Part shown: piece after piece, positions 52,685 to 58,993 of the stretch
Position numbering within the stretch: position 1 is the stretch's first letter
How the letters are laid out: each line of letters opens with the position of its first letter
NCBI GenBank assembly: GCA_964255285.1
Contig: CAXUUL010000028.1
Location: 1 to 58,993 of the forward strand
Direction of reading: 5' to 3'
DNA length: 58,993 nt
From: Ionaspis alba
Taxonomy: Eukaryota
The notes under the pieces: generated by a model
Told to the model about the DNA's origin: nothing
Seen by the model: only the letters and a program-made list of their open reading frames with translations
Database searches by the model: none
Position numbers and translations under genes: made by a program

Positions 52685-54395
52685 ACAGCTTGGGATCTTA
52701 TTCGGTTGCGCAGATCAGAGGTCGGAAAGCTCTTCGCCGAGCATCTGTTACAACAACACCACTAGTCAGTGATAACGTGACATTTGGTGGAACTAAAAAT
52801 TGGAACTTGCCTCGAGTCCTCCGATCTGTTTATCTTCTTCACTTCTTGTCCCCCTTGTTAGACTCTTCTGAGATCCAGCCTCTTAATTGTATTCAAGGCT
52901 TGGATGGTGCTGCCTACACGGCTTGTTTTTCAAGTTTCATCTGCTGACTATCTCGCAAGACTTGTGGCTTTTTCTGACACTGATGCCACTTCCTTCCAGA
53001 GCTGACATGTATTTCGAGTCAGTGGACATCGTCTATGAAGTGTTCATTTGTTCCAGAGCCTTTCAGGTAGTTCAGGATAGTCAGCAAACACGTCCATCAT
53101 ATAATGTTGTTCCTCATACCTTGTGGGTCTTCGTGCTTTCGACAAAATTGTGCTGCAGCATCATAATATTGGATAAGACTCGACTGGGTCAGGAACCGAA
53201 TGGCAGTGGACGAGAAGGCAAAGTTGACGTGAGAATAAACAGGACTTCTTAGTCCTAAGTGGCTGAGGGTCAGTAGTACCGCATGCGCTAAAGGGGTGGA
53301 AAAGCAATTTCGCCCGGCAAGATGAGTGAAGCCTCAGGTCAGTGCCATCCTAGATAATTTTCGTCTGGGAGAAAGCTGATATCAGTGTTATCCTATTTGT
53401 AGGAGTCAGATGACACGTCACCGAGCACCCACAATGCCTCCAGACACGCAAAGACATCAAAATTGCTTCGCTAGTTCAAGCCCCATGCCAAATAAATTAC
53501 TCGAGGACTTAGTGGATTGCAAGCAGGTGCACATGTGGGGTTCCGCGCTTACAAGCAGAAGCAGGACTTTCCCACACAACAAAGGACAACCGCAGACTGG
53601 TATTGTGGAGGATGCTTCTAGGAGGTATGCAGTCTTCTCCTACCATCAACGTCGTAAGGGGTAAGACCTGCAGAGGAGTATTGGGCTTCTTTGAGGGTAG
53701 GGAAAGATAATTATAGCAGAGCTTCCTTAGGAACAGAATACTCAGAGTCATCTTAATAAAGATAAATGAATGGTATTCACGACCGGTGGATGAATAGTAC
53801 TGGCATCAAGTGTTGTCAAAGGGAATAGGCTCTTCGACTAGTTCCCTTCACTAGGGACTTTGCAAAGTCAAACAACACTTCCCGAGCAAAAGAACACGTT
53901 CTCCTATGAAGTCTAGTACGCAGATGACATTGCTTCAGGGAAAATCTCAACCTGTTACATGGTTTTGTGCCAGAGCAACGCTAAGTGGCTACACAGGGAC
54001 ATAGTTGATACGGTCCATGGAACGTCAAATACAAGACCAGTAGGTTCAGTAAAACGCCAAATTCTATGGATGTCAAAATGGTTGGACTCCACAAGGTTGC
54101 TTGAGTCACATATGTAGACGTGGAATGCCCAAATTGTGAAACTGAAGTTCTAGCTGAAGTGAAGTGCCAGAATGTCCACCCCTGTCACTGCAAGGATCGT
54201 CCAAGGTTCGATGGCGGATTTACTGTCGGCCCGTTGTGGATGCCCTGAATCTTCCATCTCATAATTTCTTGAACCCAAAACTTTTGAGATCTCGCGCTTC
54301 CAATAGTCTCTCCATTCACCGGCATCTGCAATACCCTGTGCTGCTTTATCATCTGACTCTCCTTCTTCTGCCTTGATACTCATTTTTCTTACCCC

Positions 54396-56349
<1,954 letters not shown>

Positions 56350-56977
56350 GATATCCCGTCTCCTTTTCAACTCTTGAACGGCGTATCTGCATAGCACTTT
56401 GAATGTCTGGAAGACGTGGCTTTAGGTTTGTGGACCTCCCCACTCAAACTTCTTCATAATTTGTCTTACATGGCGTTCCAAAACCGTCCTTTGAAAATGT
56501 ACAACATAGCTGTACAGCGCATGTAATTACTAGATAATCAAACATGTTGAGATATTTCGCTTACAGTGGAATGGTCTCACTATTTTCTAAAGAAATTCTG
56601 ACCCCTAATTTTCAGTTTGACATTGTGTAACGCCTGGACAGTGAATTGCCTGTTATGTTCAGATAGAGCCTAGCGCTAAATTGCATCCCACCAAACACAG
56701 CCGCCCCTCCACTGTTTTCCGTGAGCAGTCTCCCCCCCAACCACGAACAATACCAATTCTTCTGCTGCTACCCTTACCTCCTCCACTACCAGAATCTTAC
56801 GTATGTGTCTCTCATAAGCGCCTTAGTAGCCTAAAAGCTTCTTAATCTAGAGCCACGCAAACCCTCTCAGCTACACGCTGTAGCCTATGGCTGACGAAGT
56901 CCGCTGATAGAATAAATACAGGCTGCCAACGAGTTCCTCATCATCGAGCCTTACCGCACTATTTACAAGTCGAAATT

Positions 56978-57698
56978 ATGGTAAGATCCTCTGGACGACT
57001 TCATATCGTGGATATGCCTCCTCGTTAATCCGTCCCACAGAGCAAATCCGGGTACGAAACTGTGCTACTGATATATGACGGCTGCGTTCAGAAGCGCATC
57101 AAATACCGACACTACACTCCAGGAATATGCTAACGGAAATTCTCATACAGAGTTTCTGTAGCACCCGAGTGCATCACCACCTTCAACGAACTCAAGTTGG
57201 GGAAAGGATCGATAAAATACATCATCTACAAACTCACAGACGACTACAAGGAGATCGTCGTGGAAGATAAAGGCGCAGATGGCGATTGGGAGACCTTCCA
57301 ATCGAAGCTGTTGAATGCCAAGGCCAGCTACAAAGGTAAGGAGGGTAAAGGACCGAGATATGCTGTCTACGACTTCGATTACGAGCTTGAGGGTGGGGAG
57401 GGTAAGAGGTACGTAATATACTTCAGGTCTGCAGAACGGAAATTGATATTTGCACAGGAGTAAGATTACCTTTATCTCTTGGTCGCCTGACGAAGGCACG
57501 TTGATCTTTGTAAGTCACGACATACCCAACAATGCTAACATCCACTGATGCAATCCGCAGCCTCGGATGACCTATGCCTCGTCCAAGGAAGCGCTCAGAA
57601 AAGTCCTGACCGGTATTGCCGCCGAGATCCAAGCTAATCGCGATGATGATATCGAGTATGACACATTACTCAAGGAAGTGACTAGGGGCAAGCGCTAG
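56978..57698 (+). CDS. COF1: Cofilin (ADF-H domain)
   Basis: M|SKSG|VSVAPECITTFNELKLG..KYIIYKL..PRYAVYDFDY..GEGKR|SKITFISWSPD..|PRMTYASSKEAL..IQANR. Probable 5'-UTR intron 56801-56910. Confidence 0.94.
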
Positions 57699-58042
57699 AG
57701 ATCTAAGCCAGAAGGCGAGACTACCAGAGGATGCTATGCCATAGTCATGAAGCCGTGAAAGACTAAGACCGGTCGGGTGTGCGTGCAGAACGAGACTGCT
57801 ACATAGATTTGATACTCTATGGTCCACTGGTTATGAAGGGGACTTGGGGTGCAGGAAACAACTCATTTTCTCCTACTTATCGTCATAATCATGAAGTAGG
57901 AAACAAGACCGGTGCCATTCCGTTACACGTCAGGAGTCATCGCTTCTTCCTCAACGCCATGCTCTCTCTATGTACTCTGTAACTTGCAACATAACAAGGC
58001 GATCCATTCGAAGGAGCTCCGATTCATTACCACAGCCTCAAA

Positions 58043-58767
58043 TTAAGCAGCCTTGCTTCTCTTCTCCCTCCAAACCTCCTCAAACATCTTCGCCGCTTTC
58101 TGCGCGACGTCCTGGTCTCTGACCCTCTGCAACAGAAACCCTCTCAGATCGTCCCAAAACTCCTTCCCCTCCAGTACTTCTACCCCGCTACTCCCTTGCG
58201 CGACAGGAGCATCCTCCATAGCCACGTCAGTCTTCTCCTCCTTGTCTTCGCTCTCCCTCCTATTCTCCTCCCCGGCGGCCGAAACCCCTCCCAATACCAT
58301 GACTGTAAACTCCACCTCTTTTCCGCTTTCCTCCCCAAGCACATCCTTGATGGTCTTTGAGTCTGCACACGGCTTCTTCTTGTACAGTAACCGTATCTTC
58401 TCCGTGTTCTCTGCGCCAATTTTCTCCGCTACAGCTTGTTTGAGATCCAATATACTAGTTGTGAATGTTTGAGCAGGAAGCGTCATGTCCAGTGGTGGGT
58501 TGCGGAGCGATTTGAGGGAGACGCTTAAGGCAGGGGCAGAGCCAGGTGCTGGGGCGGAAGTGGTAGTGGGACGTTTCATGGGATTGGGCATACGGGGAAG
58601 AGTGTACTTGAAGGGCTGTTAGCTCAGAGAGCAGAAGAGAAAAGGAGGGTATATACTGGGCCTTTCGGCTCAAAAGTTTTGGGGTCCGCAGCATAGTCTG
58701 ATTGGAGTTTTATAGGTCGGCTGTCGAGGGTTGAAAGGAAGGATTTGGCGAAGGAAAGTTCCGTCAT
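58043..58767 (-). CDS. GET5: Get5/Mdy2-like ubiquitin-like protein (GET pathway)
   Basis: N-terminal MTELSFAKSFLSTLDSRPIKLQSDYAADP (Get4-binding type), one intron, UBL domain (SVSLKSLRNPP..ILDLKQAV..IRLLYKKK), C-terminal FWDDLRGFLLQRVRD helix. Confidence 0.8.
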
Positions 58768-58947
58768 GGTTATCTAAGGACTTTGTATTTGGAGGCAAAT
58801 CAGACGCAGGAGAAATGAATGGACCGAAGCTGTATCGAATAAATATGTTGCAGTTGGTGGTTGCAATCCAGCGCTACGTCAGAGAGCTTGAAGCTAGGGC
58901 TTGGTTAGTGCCGGATAGTTTGGCGGCTCTCAGTCTAGCCAATCGGG

Positions 58948-58993
58948 GTAGGGAGAGTCAAGAGTCAGAGTCAAAACTAGTCCCAAATAGGAT
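58948..58993. mobile_element. Probable TIR of the same element family, right copy, truncated by the window end
   Basis: gtagggagagtcaagagtcagagtcaaaactagtcccaaataggat is the exact 46/46 reverse complement of 284-329. Confidence 0.55.

Overview
Intron-rich nuclear DNA from a filamentous ascomycete (Pezizomycotina; inferred from short GT-AG introns with CTRAC branch sites and the gene set). Positions 0.6-33 kb and 54-59 kb are a compact run of mostly conserved genes: mitochondrial ClpX, COX5, ATP2, a Chp1-like chromodomain protein, Rab11/Ypt31, Brx1, two F-box-type genes, two head-to-head WW-domain genes, a coiled-coil protein, Rvb2, Lin1, Ufd1, a NEK-like kinase, Hsp60, cofilin and Get5/Mdy2. 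The main finding lies at 33.4-52.7 kb, where the ORF track shows only fragments. Hand-splicing gives 11 consecutive, highly diverged paralogous genes. Each has one N-terminal Myb/SANT-like helix-turn-helix repeat, then a basic tail (NLS or AT-hook-like, often with S/T-P-x-K/R) and at least one psi-K-x-E SUMO consensus in an acidic tail. Intron positions split them into subfamilies that partly follow gene order. The window also carries a perfect 46-bp inverted repeat near its start and at its very end, resembling a DNA-transposon TIR. All gene models were read by eye and no searches were run.
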